The position numbers and the translations under genes were made by a program. Source: Octopus vulgaris (taxonomy: Eukaryota). Taken from it: 64,000 nucleotides of DNA. Positions within the stretch are counted from its first letter, which is position 1. Each line of letters starts with the position of its first letter. Positions 63,511-64,000 of this stretch are shown in pieces. The stretch spans positions 8,928,001 through 8,992,000 of the forward strand of contig OX597820.1 of NCBI GenBank assembly GCA_951406725.2. The letters run 5' to 3'. Under the pieces are notes generated by a model. It was not told the origin of the DNA. It searched no databases and saw nothing but the letters and a program-made list of their open reading frames with translations.

Positions 63511-63651
63511 TACAAAAAATATATATATATACACACACATATATATATATATGAAATGATGCTCATGATTGCACGTTCAATACAGTTATAGAAATTAAAA
63601 AGTAAAAAGCCAAAGCAGTCCTGAATGGCTGCCTGGTACTTCTAGCATTAA

Positions 63652-63870
63652 CCCTTTAGTATTTAAACCAGCCATATCCGGCCAAAATATTTAATCTGTT
63701 TTATGCTCAAACTGACCAGATCCAGGCTCTCACACCTACCCTACAATGTTATTCTACATTAGGTAATTACACCATCAAGATCTTGAAGATATGAGATAAT
63801 GCATGGTTAATTAAAATCAATGTGAATCAATAAGCATTATGTTTGATAGAATAATCTGAACACTAAAGGG
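63652..63870. mobile_element. piggyBac-type MITE, 219 bp, second family
   Basis: TTAA|CCCTTTAGT…ACTAAAGGG|TTAA. Confidence 0.85.
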
Positions 63871-64000
63871 TTAAATGATGATGATGAATATCATCTTTAC
63901 TTCTGCTCCTAACCAACAAACAGACACATTAAATCAAACCTATTCCAGACTACTCACAACACCCTAACATACTATGCAACACTTAAACCCTATGATCCCT

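Overview
Repeat-dense, AT-rich animal genomic DNA, most likely from an octopus or other coleoid cephalopod. That call is inferred from the microsatellite load, the SINE/RTE repertoire and the C2H2 zinc-finger genes; no database check was possible. Host genes: an intact 16-finger C2H2 gene (40062-41507, +) and a convergent, decaying paralogue (about 57169-58045, -; in-frame TAA and probable frameshift). Each has a predicted non-coding first exon. The rest is mostly mobile DNA: RTE-clade LINEs with about 30 copies of their (GAT)n-tailed 3' end, CR1/L2 and Tx1/L1-like 3' ends, three tRNA-type SINE families, Helitrons, TTAA (piggyBac-type) MITEs, and hAT, Tc1/mariner and Gypsy fragments. Most interesting: (i) a Meta-domain SINE that occurs as head-to-tail multimers and whose tail matches two Tx1-like LINE ends in this window; (ii) minimal hammerhead-ribozyme motifs in Penelope-like remnants, plus long palindromes whose apex appears to be the ribozyme stem III; (iii) a 7SL RNA 5' fragment joined to a SINE 3' half; (iv) a frame-preserving 42-bp minisatellite encoding an Asp-rich NGT repeat; (v) a MITE trimer inside one TTAA duplication; (vi) a pri-miRNA-shaped hairpin. 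All coordinates and identities were read by eye.
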